Source: Dendrobates tinctorius
Taxonomy: Eukaryota
NCBI RefSeq assembly: GCF_039654945.1
Contig: NW_027361821.1
Coordinates: 9,610,001-9,674,000, forward strand
Direction of reading: 5' to 3'
Length of the DNA: 64,000 nt
Shown here in pieces: positions 1 to 11,857 of the stretch (its first letter is position 1; every line of letters starts with the position of its first letter). Below the pieces are notes generated by a model. The model worked only from the letters and a program-made list of their open reading frames with translations, was not told the DNA's origin and did not search any database. The position numbers were made by a program, and so were the translations under genes.

Positions 1-1060
1 CCGATCCTGTGTGATACTGACTGCGGAGCCATGTATGTAATCCTCTCCTGTGTGATACTGCCTGCTGAGCCATGTGTCTAATCCTCTCCTGTGTGATACT
101 GTCTGCTGAGCTGTGTATCTAATCTAATCCTGTGTGATACTGTCTGCTGAGCTGTGTATCTAATCCTCTCCTGTGTGATAGTCTGCTGAGTCGTGTATCT
201 AATCCTATCCTGTGTGATTCTGACTGCTGAGCCGTGTATCTAATCCTCTCCTGTGTGATACTGTCTGCTAAGCAGTGTATCTAATCCTATCCTGTGTGAT
301 ATTGTGTGCGGAGCTGTGTATCTAATCCTATCCTGTGTGATACTGACTGCTGAGCTGTGTATCTAATCTAATCCTGTGTGATACTGTCTGCTGAGCTGTG
401 TATCTAATCCTCTCCTGTGTGATAGTCTGCTGAGTCGTGTATCTAATCCTATCCTGTGTGATACTGACTGCTGAGCCGTGTATCTAATCCTCTCCTGTGT
501 GATACTGTCTGCTGAGCCGTGTATCTAATCCTCTCCTGTGATACTGTCTGCTGAGCTGTGTATCTAATCCTATCCTGTGTGATACTGACAGCGGAGCTGT
601 GTATCTAATCCTCTCCTGTGTGATACTGTCTGCTGAGCCGCATATCTAATCCTATTCTGTGTGATACTGACTGCAGAGCCGTGTATCTAATCCTCTCCTG
701 TGTGATACTGTCTGCTGAGCTGTGTATCTAATCCTATCCTGTGTGATACTGACAGCGGAGCCGTGTATCTAATCTTCTCCTGTGTGATACTGTCTGCTGA
801 GCCGCGTATCTAATCCTATCCTGTGTGATACTGACTGCAGAGCCGTGTATCTAATCCTATCCTGTGTGATACAGTCTGCTGATCTGTGTATCTATTCCTA
901 TCCTGTGTGATACTGTGTGCTGAGCCGTGTATCTAATCCTATCCTGTGTGATACTGACAGCGGAGCCGTGTATCTAATCCTCTCCTGTGTGATACTGTCT
1001 GCTGAGCCATGTATCTAATCCTATCCTGTGTGATACTGACTGCGGAGTCGTGTATCTAAT
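1..1060. repeat. 41-bp minisatellite (CTGTGTGATACTGTCTGCTGAGCTGTGTATCTAATCCTMTC)n, about 26 copies, runs off window start
   Basis: Unit starts recur at 7, 48, 89 etc. (period 41). Confidence 0.97.
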
Positions 1061-1065
1061 CTGTA

Positions 1066-1885
1066 TCTGTAAGGTACTATTTATCGGCCACTGCCTCATT
1101 CAGGCGTTCTGATTCCTTGTTTATTTTACCAGAGGACCCTTGTAGGGGCCTGGGCATTTCTAAAGCATTCATTGTCCGCTGAATCGAGACTGCTATTATC
1201 CAGGCCTATAGAGCTAAGACGAGGGTGGCCTCATTTAGGATTTGGGCACTCTCTACATGTTAGTGGTGGGAGCTTTCTGGGTGGATCATCATCAGGCATT
1301 GGCTTTGCAGCTGTGTAAAGCAGTTACTAGGGCATCAGCGCATATATTTGCTACATTTTACAGCTTCCTTGCTTCGGCAGATGCAAGCTGGTAGGATGAT
1401 ACTGCAGGTGGCAGTAGCATAGAATTATGCTTGAGTTACAGTGGAAGACTAGGTGGTAATGTTATGATATTTAAATATTTAAATCTTTGCCACCCTAGGG
1501 ACAGCTTTAGGATGTCTGATGGTTCTCTCTCCCCCAATGAGACAAACAAGAAAAGTAGAATTTTGGTATTTACCGTAAAATCTGTATTTTTTTGTTTTTT
1601 TAGCTTTCATTGGGGGACACACAGCTCCCTTCTTTGGTTTGGTCAGGCATGCTGTTATAATTCATCTTGCTGTAATTCTTTACTGTTCTCCTTCTACAGC
1701 TTTCTCACAAAACTGAGGAAGCCTGACTCCAGCAAGTGACATATAGTATGTTGGGCAGAAGCCAATTTTGTTTAAATGCAATAATAGTGTCAGCCTACAG
1801 ATAGTAGCTGATTATCCTATGGTTCTGTGTCCCCAAATGAAGACTATGAGAAACAGATTTTATGGAGAGTGCAAAAAAATCAACT
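1066..1885 (+). mobile_element. DIRS1-like retrotransposon 3' end: degenerate tyrosine recombinase C-terminus plus ICR/terminal repeat
   Basis: Manual translation across lesions gives VRYYLSATASFRRSDSLFILPEDP...AIIQAYRAK...HQALALQLCKAVT...ASADAS...ILQVAVA, matching DIRS1 YR C-termini; TCCCCCAATGA (1530), TTCATTGGGGGACAC (1606) and GTGTCCCCAAATGAA (1827) fit the ICR/ITR layout. Confidence 0.75.
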
Positions 1886-1962
1886 TTTTTCATTTATTTG
1901 CATAACTCTAATAGTTACCCAAAAATTCTGCACACAGATATTTTCCTAACAAAGTCCAAACT

Positions 1963-2405
1963 TCACGCTCCTGCTTGCTGCGTGATGTAGTCTGTCACCA
2001 CTTTCGGCTGTTCATACAAATGTTTCAACATATAAAAAAACGAATTCCAGAGGGTTGAGACATTAGCAGGTTGTGCACTGGGTGCCCATTTATTTTTCAC
2101 AAAGCCAGGTGGGCATGCTCTGTAATATACGATCTTTTGAAATAGGCTGACACATTTCTGGCCGTAGCCACTACCTTTCTCAAGCAAGTATATTTGTGAA
2201 AGAAATCTTGCGCTAATACATGCAGGAAGTGGTCCATGCTTGGAGCATGAGTTATTTTGCCTGACCGTAAGGCAGCCAGAATGTTCTGAACATTGTCGCT
2301 CATGAGAATTCCAAGTTGCAGTTCACAGGGAGCCAGTGGGTGAGTTGCCACTTGATGCACAGCAATAACTTGTCGACCATGTGACTTTTCTCCGCCATCA
2401 ATTTT
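1963..2405 (-). pseudogene. Degenerate hAT (ZBED/Ac-like) transposase fragment
   Basis: ORFs 2097-2360 and 1963-2187 contain LGILMSDNVQNILAALRSGKITHAPSMDHFLH (xDN...CxxH region) and STLWNSFFYMLKHLYEQ (TRWNS motif); frameshifted. Confidence 0.8.
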
Positions 2406-3151
2406 TCTTCACACCAGAAAACACTGGTTACCTCTTGTAACGTTGTGTGATTATTGACCCCCTTATGTGAGACTGCTGCATAGTCTTTTCTTGCTTTGAT
2501 GAGAAATGTGCAGACAATGCCATGGCTATGTAAAGGCTTTGCTGAGTGGAGCTACATTTGAATTGGTGTCCATTTATCACAGTGTTAAAGCTTTGGCTGG
2601 AGCAGGAATGCACTTACCTTATATTATACTGCACGAAGGAGAGCTATGGCAGCAACAAACATAGATCTTATGGAAACGCAAACGTTATTTGTTAGTGCTA
2701 TAGCTAATGCATTTCCATTTAACAAAGACCTTTACTGGTATAATTGCAACACTGATTCTAATCAAGCCATGCTGTCACTTTGATTATGTCCTGTTGGAAA
2801 TGTAATTTGGCAGACCTAGCAAATGTAAATGTATCTCTGGCTGCGTCCACTTCAGAACTTTCAGATTCGTCTGTCACATGTTCTCTGCTTTCAGTCATTT
2901 GGAACTGAATATTTTTATGCTTGTTCAAGAATGTAATTGTCTGCTGTCTAAAATATGCAAATTGCCCTTTTGGGTATTACTAGGACACACTGAAATAGTT
3001 TTAGCCAGTTTAACAAAAAATCCACTATAGAAATTGAAAACATTGAAAGGATAGTGGAAAAGACATTGCGCCAAACAGTTCTTGAATGTAAAATGAGATC
3101 AATGAAGTTAGAGTTTGTAGCAGCAGAAAGCCGGCTTAGCTACCAAGAGAC

Positions 3152-3483
3152 AGGCTATGTGCACACGTAGTTTTGAGAGTTGTGGATTTGTCCCCGCGGA
3201 TTTGTAAAAATCCGCAGGTCAAAAGTCCTGCGGCTTACCTGCGGATTAGCCTGCGGTTTTGCCTTGCGGTTTCACACCTCACAATGGATAAGGTGTGAAA
3301 CCGCAGCGGAGTCCACACAAAGAATTGACATGCTGCGGATTGTAACCCGCAGCAAATCCACAGCATGTGCACAGCGTTTTTGATTTGACCATTGAAAACA
3401 ATGGTACTGTACAATGCAGCAGAAACTGCTGCAGACCCGCAGGGCCAGAAACGCTGCGAATCCGCAGCGTGTGCACATAGCCT
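3152..3483. mobile_element. MITE, PIF/Harbinger-like
   Basis: Perfect 16-bp TIR AGGCTATGTGCACACG ... CGTGTGCACATAGCCT; internal TGCGGA/TCCGCA repeats. Confidence 0.8.
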
Positions 3484-3485
3484 TT

Positions 3486-3880
3486 AGGCCCCGTCTCACA
3501 TAGCGATCTCGCTACATGTGACACGCAGCGGCGACTGGGCCCCGCTGGATATCGCTGATCATGCTTGAATGTCCTGGGCCCTTTTTTCATCGCCGGCGTC
3601 CCGCTGGCCAGCATCCATCGCTGTGTTTGACGCCGATGAGCGACCTCGTTAGCGACGCAGAACTCAGGGACGCAGGCTGGAATCGTTAAGAATAGCTGCT
3701 GTGTGACAACACACCAGCGATCCTTACCAGGTCGCATCATTGTCGGGATCGCTGGTGCATCATTGAAGAGATCTGCCTGTTTGGCAGCTTACTATCGACC
3801 TTGTAGCGACGCACCAGCGATCCTTACCAGGTCATATCGTTGTCGGTATCGCTGGTGCATCGCTATGTGAAACGGGACCC
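3486..3880. mobile_element. MITE, PIF/Harbinger-like, abutting previous MITE
   Basis: About 22-bp imperfect TIR AGGCCCCGTCTCACATAGCGAT ... ATCGCTATGTGAAACGGGACCC with TTA-type flanks; internal direct duplication (about 3712 and 3812). Confidence 0.75.
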
Positions 3881-5029
3881 TTAGTCATTGCTACGAAGGC
3901 TACAGTCACCCGACTGTGTTTCACATACATGTTCCGTCCATGTTTTTTATGTATGCATTGTATACCCCCCAATGTGTTCTCTTGTGTGGTTGGGTGGGCT
4001 GATTGTCTGCAAAAATAAAATCTGAGACGTCAATTTCTGCTCCGTTTTGCAGATCAAACGCACCTTCAAGTGAAAGCCAATGCAAAAATAGCACTCGGAT
4101 GTCATCTCTCTGTCATCCAGGTTATGTCCGTTTTTACCGTTTCATAGGTAGGAGGGGCTTGATAATTTTTTTTACATGCAAAAAATATAGATGTCACAAT
4201 GATGATAAAAATGGACGCAGATCAAAATGGATGCTTGAGTGAGACCTAACACTGAAAAAGAGTGTAAACGGCATTGATGAGGGCTTGTATATTCTGAACA
4301 TGAAATAGTTAATGAAAAATGGTCAGACATAGTGCCAAAACCCACTAAAACCTATTCTATAAAGTTTCCTGTTTACATCACACTTACACATATATTTGGA
4401 TACTTCAACAACGGCTCTGCAGACTTACACAACCACATTGTCTTTTCACACTTGAACATCATTTTACATTTACTTAGAGATATTCTGTACATTAAGTGTT
4501 GAGGACATTTGTCTGAGTGAAGTTTGATACAGTCTTAGCTCAATCAGAGATGAGTAAAGTGAATATGAACATATCGTGCTCACATAGGGCCACATTTAAT
4601 AACGCTTAGGCACGTTTTCCATGAAGTTAGATGCTGCACTATTACAATTGCTTATTCTTGGTTGACTCAGCTAAAAAGTGGTGCATGCATATAAAAATTT
4701 GGTGCAAATATTCAACAAGTCATATTCACTTTTAGTCAGAAAAAAAAGTTGTTTGCCACACCGCCAGTTGAATACCACTAATAGTGACAGGCCATGTAGC
4801 CACTGTGGGGCGCAGTAGTATGAGGGGCCTCGTGCTGAATGGCACTGCCCACTCCATCCTTTCAGAAGCTTGACTTAAATGGTATGAGCATTCTATGGAT
4901 GCACGTAAAGGTGAATATAATAATGGAACAGGGAGCCGTCAACCCTTTGCTCCACCATTCAGCCTGACATCATTAGATAGGCTATAAGAGTATTTGCTTT
5001 TTTTAACTTTGCCAGTAAGAACTTGTAGA

Positions 5030-5370
5030 GGGAAACTGTTGGAGGGCCAGCATTATGAGTATGAGCATTGTGAAGGTCCTCATACTGTACATGGGGTTGT
5101 GATGGCCATCATATTGTTTCTGGGGAGAGTTGAGGGACCATCATACTGTAAAATGTGTTTCATATTGTTTGTGGGGGGAGTTGTGGGACCATCATACTGT
5201 GTGTGTGGGAGAGAGAGAACTTTGGGTGAATCATACTGTGTTGACTGTTACTGTGTGGGCCTCATAATATTTGTGGGCAAACTGTGATGGTATTATACTG
5301 TTTTGGGGGTTACTTTAGGACCTCATAACGTGTATGGGGGAACTGTGGGAACATCAGATGTGCACACATG
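5030..5370. repeat. Degenerate ~30-bp tandem repeat (CATCATACTGTGTGTGGGG-like)
   Basis: Recurring CATCATACTGT/CATATTGTT motifs followed by G-rich tracts. Confidence 0.55.
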
Positions 5371-5475
5371 TGGGCTGAGTTCAGACCGTGCTCACTCTGG
5401 GAAGCAGGCACGTTTTGATTGCTGTTTCTAGATACAAGTGCTGACAATAACAAACTCAAGGTTCAACATTCCTTA

Positions 5476-5949
5476 GGCCTGTTTTACACTTCAGGTTTTT
5501 TGTGTCAGTTAAAAAAAGCGGATCCGTTGCTAACTGATGTGAATAGATGCCACCGGACCATTTTTTTGACGGATCCGATGAATGAAGAATTTTAAAGGAA
5601 CCGCAGCCCGGGGAGGAGAGAGAGAGATTTTTTTTTTCCCCAGGCGCCAGAACAGACTTTAGGGTTAAATTTCAGGCTGAGTGAAGTCTTTCGGGCATGC
5701 GCAGTGTGAAGTGCGGATCCTGCCGCCCGAAAAAACGTTACATGCTCCATTCGGGCATCTCGGCGGACGGCAAAATTTTGGCGGATCCGCAAAAAAATGG
5801 ATCCAACGGATGGCCGTCCGTCAAGATCCGCCGGTAATGCAACTCAATGGGAAAAAAACATATCCGCCAAACAAAATAGCGGATCCGGTTTTTTTTTGCA
5901 AAATGGCGGATCTTGACTGATGGACAAAAACTGAAGCGTGAAACAAGCC
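5476..5949. mobile_element. PIF/Harbinger-like MITE with TTA TSD (same family as 26347-26898)
   Basis: TIR GGCCTGTTTTACACTTCAG ... CTGAAGCGTGAAACAAGCC; TTA at 5473-5475 and 5950-5952; many CGGATCCG palindromes. Confidence 0.85.
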
Positions 5950-6277
5950 TTAAAATGAAACCACAGCTCCAGAGCTTGCACTTTAAGGCCCACCCAACAC
6001 TAAATGCTCTAGAAGGCTGGTAATTTATCCTATGGACTCCCCCTCTACAGCTGTGCAATCAATCTAGCACTAAACATGGCTGATTAACCCCTTTTAGCAC
6101 TTTGCGTGCTGGAGCACTTGCTAGGTTGCTAAAACCCTTAGTGAAACATAGCTCCCCTCCAGGACTTTACCAGTGACTTTGTCACAGTGAGTTACCCATT
6201 TGATCACTATTCATGGTCTGGGCTTATGCAATTTTCAGCACATCAATGTTTCAAATCTTTTGATTTATTTTGTTTGA

Positions 6278-7701
6278 CAAGACACAAGACAAGACACACT
6301 CAATAAAGGAGTGGTTCTGCAGGTGGGGACCACAGACCACATATCAGAACCAGTGCTTTCTGGCTGATGTTTTGGTCATTTTTGAAGGTTGGTTGTGCTT
6401 TCACACTCGTGGTAGCATGAGATGGACTCTACAATCCACACAAGTGGCTCAGGTAGTGCAGCTCATCCAGGATAGCACATCAATGCAAGCTGTGGCAAGA
6501 AGGTTTGCTGTGTCCGTCCGCGTAGTGTCCAGAGGCTGGAGGCGCTACCAGGAGACAGGCCAGTACACCAGGAGATGTGGAGGGGGCCGTAGGAGGACAA
6601 CAACCCAGCAGCAGGACCGCTACCTCCACCTTTCTGAAAGGAGGAACAGGAGGAGCAATGACAGAGCCCTGCAAAATGACATCCAGCAGGCCACAAATGT
6701 GCATATGTCTGCACAAACAGTTGGAAAGCAACTCCTTGAGGATGGTCTGAGTGCCCGATGTCCATAGAAGGTCGGTTGTGCTCCACAGCCCAACACCGTG
6801 CAGGATGTTTGGCATTTGCCACAGAACAGCAGGATTGGCAAATTTGCCACTGGCGCCCTGTGCTCTTCACAGATGAAAGCAGGTTCACACTGAGCACATA
6901 TGACAGACATGACAGAGTCTGAAGAAGCTGTGGAGAGCGATCTAATGCCAGCAACATCCTTCAGCATGACCGGTTTGGCAGTGGGTCAGTAATGGTGTGG
7001 GGTGGCATTTCTTTGGAGGGCCGCACAGCCCTACATGTGCTCACCAGAGGTAGCCTGACTGCCATTAGGTACCGAGATGAGATCCTCAGGCCCCTTGTGA
7101 GACCATATGCTGGTGCGGGTGGCTCTGGGTTCCTCCTAATGCAGGACAATGCCAGACCTCATGTGGCTGGAGTGTGTCAACAGTCCCTGCAAGATAAAGG
7201 CTTTGAAGCTATGGACTGGCCCGCCCGTTCCCCAGACCAGAATCCAATTGAGCACATCTGGCACATCATGTCTCACTCCATCCACCAATGTCACGTTGCA
7301 CCACAGACTGTCCAGGAGTTGGCGGATGCTTTAATCCAGGTCTGGGAGGAGATCCCTAATGACAACATCCGCCGACTCATCAGGAGCATGCCCAGGTGTC
7401 GTAGGGCGGTCAAACGGGCACATGGCGGCCACACACACTACTGAGCATCATTTCCTTGTCTTGAGGCATTTCCACTGAAGTTGGATCAGCCTGTAATTTG
7501 ATTTTCCACTTTGATTTTGAGTATCATTCCAAATCCAGACCTCCATGGGATATTAATTTTAATTTACATTGATCACTTTTGTGTTTTATTGTTCCTAACA
7601 AATTCTACTTTGTAATGAATCAAGATTTGCAACTGGAATCTTTTATTCAGTGATATCTAGGATGTGGTGTTTTAGTGTTCCCTTTATTTTTTTGAGCAGT
7701 G
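6278..7701 (+). mobile_element. Tc1-like transposon, 5'-truncated, inactivated transposase
   Basis: ORFs 6270-6767 (HTH region) and 6992-7444 (MVWGGI, QDNARPH, SPDQNPIEHIW); right TIR ends TTTTTTGAGCAGTG then TA; same family as 53363-54951. Confidence 0.93.
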
Positions 7702-9064
7702 TATAAAACTCAAAATCTGTAGTAGCCCGCTATATACAAATCCACAGTTCTCGCCCGATTTGGGTGAAATTTGGCAAGCCCCTTCTTCACCCACAGGAGC
7801 AGAATACTGTGCACGTTACATCTCGCTAGCGCCAGCGTCATGAGATTGGGGCCCCTGACGTTAGGCCCTATACATATATTAGAGAAATGTGAAAGTAAAA
7901 GTGCTGAGGGGAAAACAACAGTTGTGACTGACAGGGAAGGATTATAGCGATGGCACCAAAGAGTTGCTGCTAAAAGGGGCCGCACTACCACACACAGCAC
8001 ACAAACATTTCACAAACACCAAACAAACATCACACATACACCAACCCACAAGCACAACACCACACAAATGCCACAACACACCACACAAACACCAGACCAC
8101 TCTAGACACACACAACACAATCACCACCCCATAAATACCACATCACACACACACACACACATGCAAGGACCACACATGCATGCAAACACACTCAGATGGG
8201 AGCACCCTACGCACACGGACAAACATTACTGAGCAGCAATATTGGTCAGGCGAAAAATGCCTCACAGTAAGATTGTCATTATTGTTTACTCTACAGAGAG
8301 CTTTCATCACTGAAGCTGCTGAGGTAAAGTGAAAGCTGAACTCTGGTTGCTATGGGCAACTAGACAAGTCTGCCTGTGAGGCAGTTTTCATTACTTAGAT
8401 GTGAGCTCCTTCAGGTCATAGTAATACTGTGTGAGGGCTGCTCTGTATTTACTATTCATCCTATTACATCTCTTATCAGTGTCAGGGGAATACTAAAGGG
8501 TCATAATACTAAGGTCTGTTTTTTTAAAATACCGCCTAAAAAACAATCATCTATTGGGAAAGTTCATCCAAAAGCTAAGAAAGCAAAATTGTGTCAAAGT
8601 GCTGAGACAAATGAACAACGTGACTTGCGGCTTGAAAAGAAATGGATGAGACAGGCTAAAGGTAAGGCAGCAGAGACATCAGAGCAACGGGAATGTCGTC
8701 TTCACCAGAATCGGATAAGGCAGGCTGAAGCAAGGAATATGGAAATATCTGAACAAAAGGATGAATGTTGTGAAAATGACCGCATACGACATATGCAACT
8801 TGTGCAAAGATGTAGGCAGGCTGATTTATACTACATAATATGTAAAATCAATAGAAATGTTGAAATTAAAAAAAAAAGTTGTTGTTCACATCAATGTTAC
8901 GACAAATTAGTAAAATGCCAAAATAATAAAAATTTAAAGTGGAAAAAAATTACTGTAGCACTCTGAAAATGTCAATTTCAGGCTGACACTGAAAATTTTA
9001 CTTTTGCTACCATAACCAACAATTTAACATATTTCCGCGAGCGAAACTGCGGGTATCCTACTAG
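7702..9064 (+). mobile_element. Non-autonomous Helitron carrying an STPR-like repeat ORF
   Basis: 3' hairpin CCGCGAGCGAAACTGCGG (9035-9052) then CTAG (9061-9064) followed by T; 5' TATAAAACT resembles the 5' end of the Helitron at 9723-11244. Confidence 0.75.
8529..8966 (+). CDS. Helitron-derived N-terminal ORF with 23-aa STPR-like repeats (likely start codon now ATA)
   Basis: (I)PPKKQSSIGKVHPKAKKAK then ETNEQRDLRLEKKWMRQAKGKAA / ETSEQRECRLHQNRIRQAEARNM / EISEQKDECCENDRIRH, period exactly 23 aa. Confidence 0.6.
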   Translation: MPPKKQSSIGKVHPKAKKAKLCQSAETNEQRDLRLEKKWMRQAKGKAAETSEQRECRLHQNRIRQAEARNMEISEQKDECCENDRIRHMQLVQRCRQADLYYIICKINRNVEIKKKSCCSHQCYDKLVKCQNNKNLKWKKITVAL

Positions 9065-9860
9065 TACCAGATATTTGCTGAAAAGTTGATCTTCTGTATT
9101 TACTCTATGGATGTGAATGAAGCAGAATATTTGGATGTCAAGGGCTCAACCCCCTTGAAAGTATATGGTGCAGTTCAGGATTGGACAAAGACTGAAGAGG
9201 GTCCCTGTGCACCAACCATATTTTGGCCCTCTGTAGTCTAATAGATCACCATAATGCAAAATCCCTCCTGCTTTAGATTTAGAAGTGGGCCCCCTTGTCT
9301 CTTGGGCCCCTGTACAGGCATTATGTCAGCCCATAGTACAGGTAAGTTATTACTGCCTGCATTTTTACTAGTTTACTCCAGATTTTGACAAGTGAGAAAT
9401 GTGGCTAAGGCTACATTCATACATCGGTGGGAATGTTACCATCAGAGCCATGGGCCAATTTTATTCTCAGACATCATCCTAGTTTCTTCTGCTTTTTTTT
9501 TCTCTCATCTGTTTTTTGTCACTGGAGTAGGTAGACTGTCTGAACTTTTGTATCCATTCAGTACAATGAATGAGTTAAAAGCAGGGGAAGTCCAAAATAT
9601 GTCCTCTGTATTACACAGATCTCCCTAGACTTTAATGGCTGCGTCTGATCCGCAAAATGGACGAGAATAAGACATGTCCTGAGTTTCGCTGACCGGAGAC
9701 ACAGATCCATTTTTAAAACTGACTAGCTGAAGAGCCCGGCATTGCCCGGGCATAGTAACTAACTACGGTTAGTTATAACAAATTATAATGATTATATCTA
9801 TATATATATATATAATGCTGAGTGTAGAGCCCCACCCACTCTACATAGCCACATTCACTA

Positions 9861-10352
9861 TAATATCCCACATCATCCTGTCAGCCAGAGCTACCGGACT
9901 ACCACCCCTAATATCCCACATTGTCCCCTCACCCAGAGCCACCGGACTACTACCCCTAATATCCCACATCATCCCGACAAAGCCACCTGACTACTACTCC
10001 TAATATCCCACATCATTCCGTCATCGAGAGCCACCGGACAGCTACCACTTATATCCCACATCAACCCGTCAGAGCCACCGGACTACTACCTCTAATATCC
10101 CACATCATCCCATCAGCCAGAGCCACCGGACAACTACCACTAATATCTCACATCATCCCGTCACAGTTGCCGGACCACTACCCCTAATATCCCGTATCAT
10201 CCCGTCAGCCAGAGCCACCGGACAGCTACTCCTAATATCCTGCATCATCCCGTCAGCCAGAGCCACCGGACTACTCCCCCTAATATCCCGAATCATCCCG
10301 TCAGCCAGAGCCACCAGACTACTACCCCTAATATCCCACATCATCCCGTCAG
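9861..10352. repeat. 48-bp tandem array inside Helitron, about 10 copies
   Basis: TAATATCCCACATCATCCCGTCAGCCAGAGCCACCGGACTACTACCCC at 9861, 9909, 9957 etc. Confidence 0.93.
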
Positions 10353-10897
10353 CCTGGGGTCAGAACCAGAGCGCTGAGTGGAACGGTCCTAACTTCCATA
10401 CCGGGGATCCCTTTAAGAGAGGCATGGTGTCAGAACCAGAGCGCTGAGTGGATTTGCCCTGACTTCCATACCAATGATCCCTTTTATAGAAGCCTGTGGT
10501 GAGAATCAGAGTGCTGAGGTATTTACCCTAACTTCCATACCGGAGATCCCTTTATGAAAGCCTTGGATCAGAACGAGAGCACTGAGTGGATTTGCCCTGA
10601 CTTGCATACCAATGATCCCTTTAATAGAACCCTGGGGTCAGAATCAGAGCGCTGAGGGATTTGCCTTAACTTCCGTACAGGAGATCCCTTTAAGAGAGCT
10701 TGGGGTCAGTACCAGAGCTTTTGAAGGCAATTGCCCTGACTTCCATACCGGGGATCCCCTTAAGAGAGGCCTGGGGTCAGAACCAAAGCACTGGATGGCT
10801 TTGCCCTGCCTTCCATACCGGAGATCCCTTTAAGAAAGTCCTGGGGTCAGTACCAAAACGCTGAGTGGATTTGCCCTAACTTGCATACCAATGATCC
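10353..10897. repeat. 70-bp tandem array inside Helitron, about 8 copies
   Basis: CCTGGGGTCAGAACCAGAGCGCTGAGTGG...GATCCCTTTAAGAGAGG at 10353, 10423, 10493 etc. Confidence 0.93.
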
Positions 10898-11400
10898 ACG
10901 GGAGGGGGGATTCATTTCTGTCATGTGCTCTGTGCTCCTTTCTGGGGGGCAGACAATGGCTGGGAGCTTATGTTCCGGGGGATGCTAGATTTCTCCCACC
11001 ATGTCAATGTCTGCTGAGGTCTTGTCATGTGGGAAAACGTGCTCATAGCAACCAATCACAGCTCAGCTTCTTTTAACCAGCTCTGGTGAAATGAGAGATG
11101 CTTAGTGATTGGTTGCAAGGAAAACTGTTGCTCATAGCAACCAATCACAGCTCAGCTTCCTTTGAACAGCTCTGGTGAAATGAATGATGCTTCGTGATTG
11201 GTTGGTGATACTCACATACATACATTCAGTTTTATATATAGAGATGTGTGTGGCTTAAGGAAACTTTATGGGTCTGTGTGCTGCACTAAAAGAAAGCTGA
11301 CAGCATTAGGACGTTTAATACGCATGTGTGAATGTAGCCTAATCTATTCAATGGCTGCAGGTTGTCTTGAAATATTTTTTGCTATACTGGACATGATTAA

Positions 11401-11857
11401 AGGAAATCTTTCACCGGGGTTTTGCTATCCCATCTTAGAGCAGCATAATGTAGGGACAGAGACACTGATTCCAATGATGTTTCACTTACTGAGCTGCTTG
11501 CTGTAATTTTGATAAAATCAGCATTTTATCTGCTGCAGACCTTGGAGTTCTCTGAATGCTAAGCTCTGTATAACCCCACCCACACCACAGATTGGCAGCT
11601 TTCTGTACACACTGTGTATAGGCAGAAAGCTGCTAATCAGAAGTGCAGATTGAGTTATATAGAGCTTATGAATATGCAGGACCACATGGCAGCAGGTCTC
11701 CTAGTCCTCTAGTGATAATCTCCTGCTGATAAAACAGTGATTTTATCAAAGCTACAGCAAGCAGCTTAGTAAGTGACACATCATTGGAATCAGGGTCTCT
11801 ATCTTTACATTATGCTGTTCTCAGATTAGGTGGGAAAAACCTGCTGACAGATTCCTT
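11401..11857. mobile_element. TTAA-flanked Kolobok/T2-like MITE with long imperfect inverted ends
   Basis: TTAA at 11397-11400 and 11858-11861; arms e.g. CTGATTCCAATGATGTTTCACTTACT vs AGTAAGTGACACATCATTGGAATCAG. Confidence 0.8.

Larger units (their letters stand above)
9723..11244 (-). mobile_element. Complete non-autonomous Helitron (1522 bp)
   Basis: Minus strand starts TCTCTATATATAAAACTG, ends hairpin GCCCGGGCAATGCCGGGC-TCTTCAG-CTAG; inserted between A (9722) and T (11245) with no TSD. Confidence 0.88.
9409..11339. mobile_element. PIF/Harbinger-like MITE with TAA TSD, split by nested Helitron
   Basis: TIR GGCTACATTCATACAT ... ATGTGTGAATGTAGCC; TAA at 9406-9408 and 11340-11342. Confidence 0.8.

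Noticed and set aside
9861-10897. Regular repeat arrays superficially like CRISPR
   Set aside because: Head-to-tail tandem units without unique spacers, inside a Helitron in vertebrate DNA; no cas genes.
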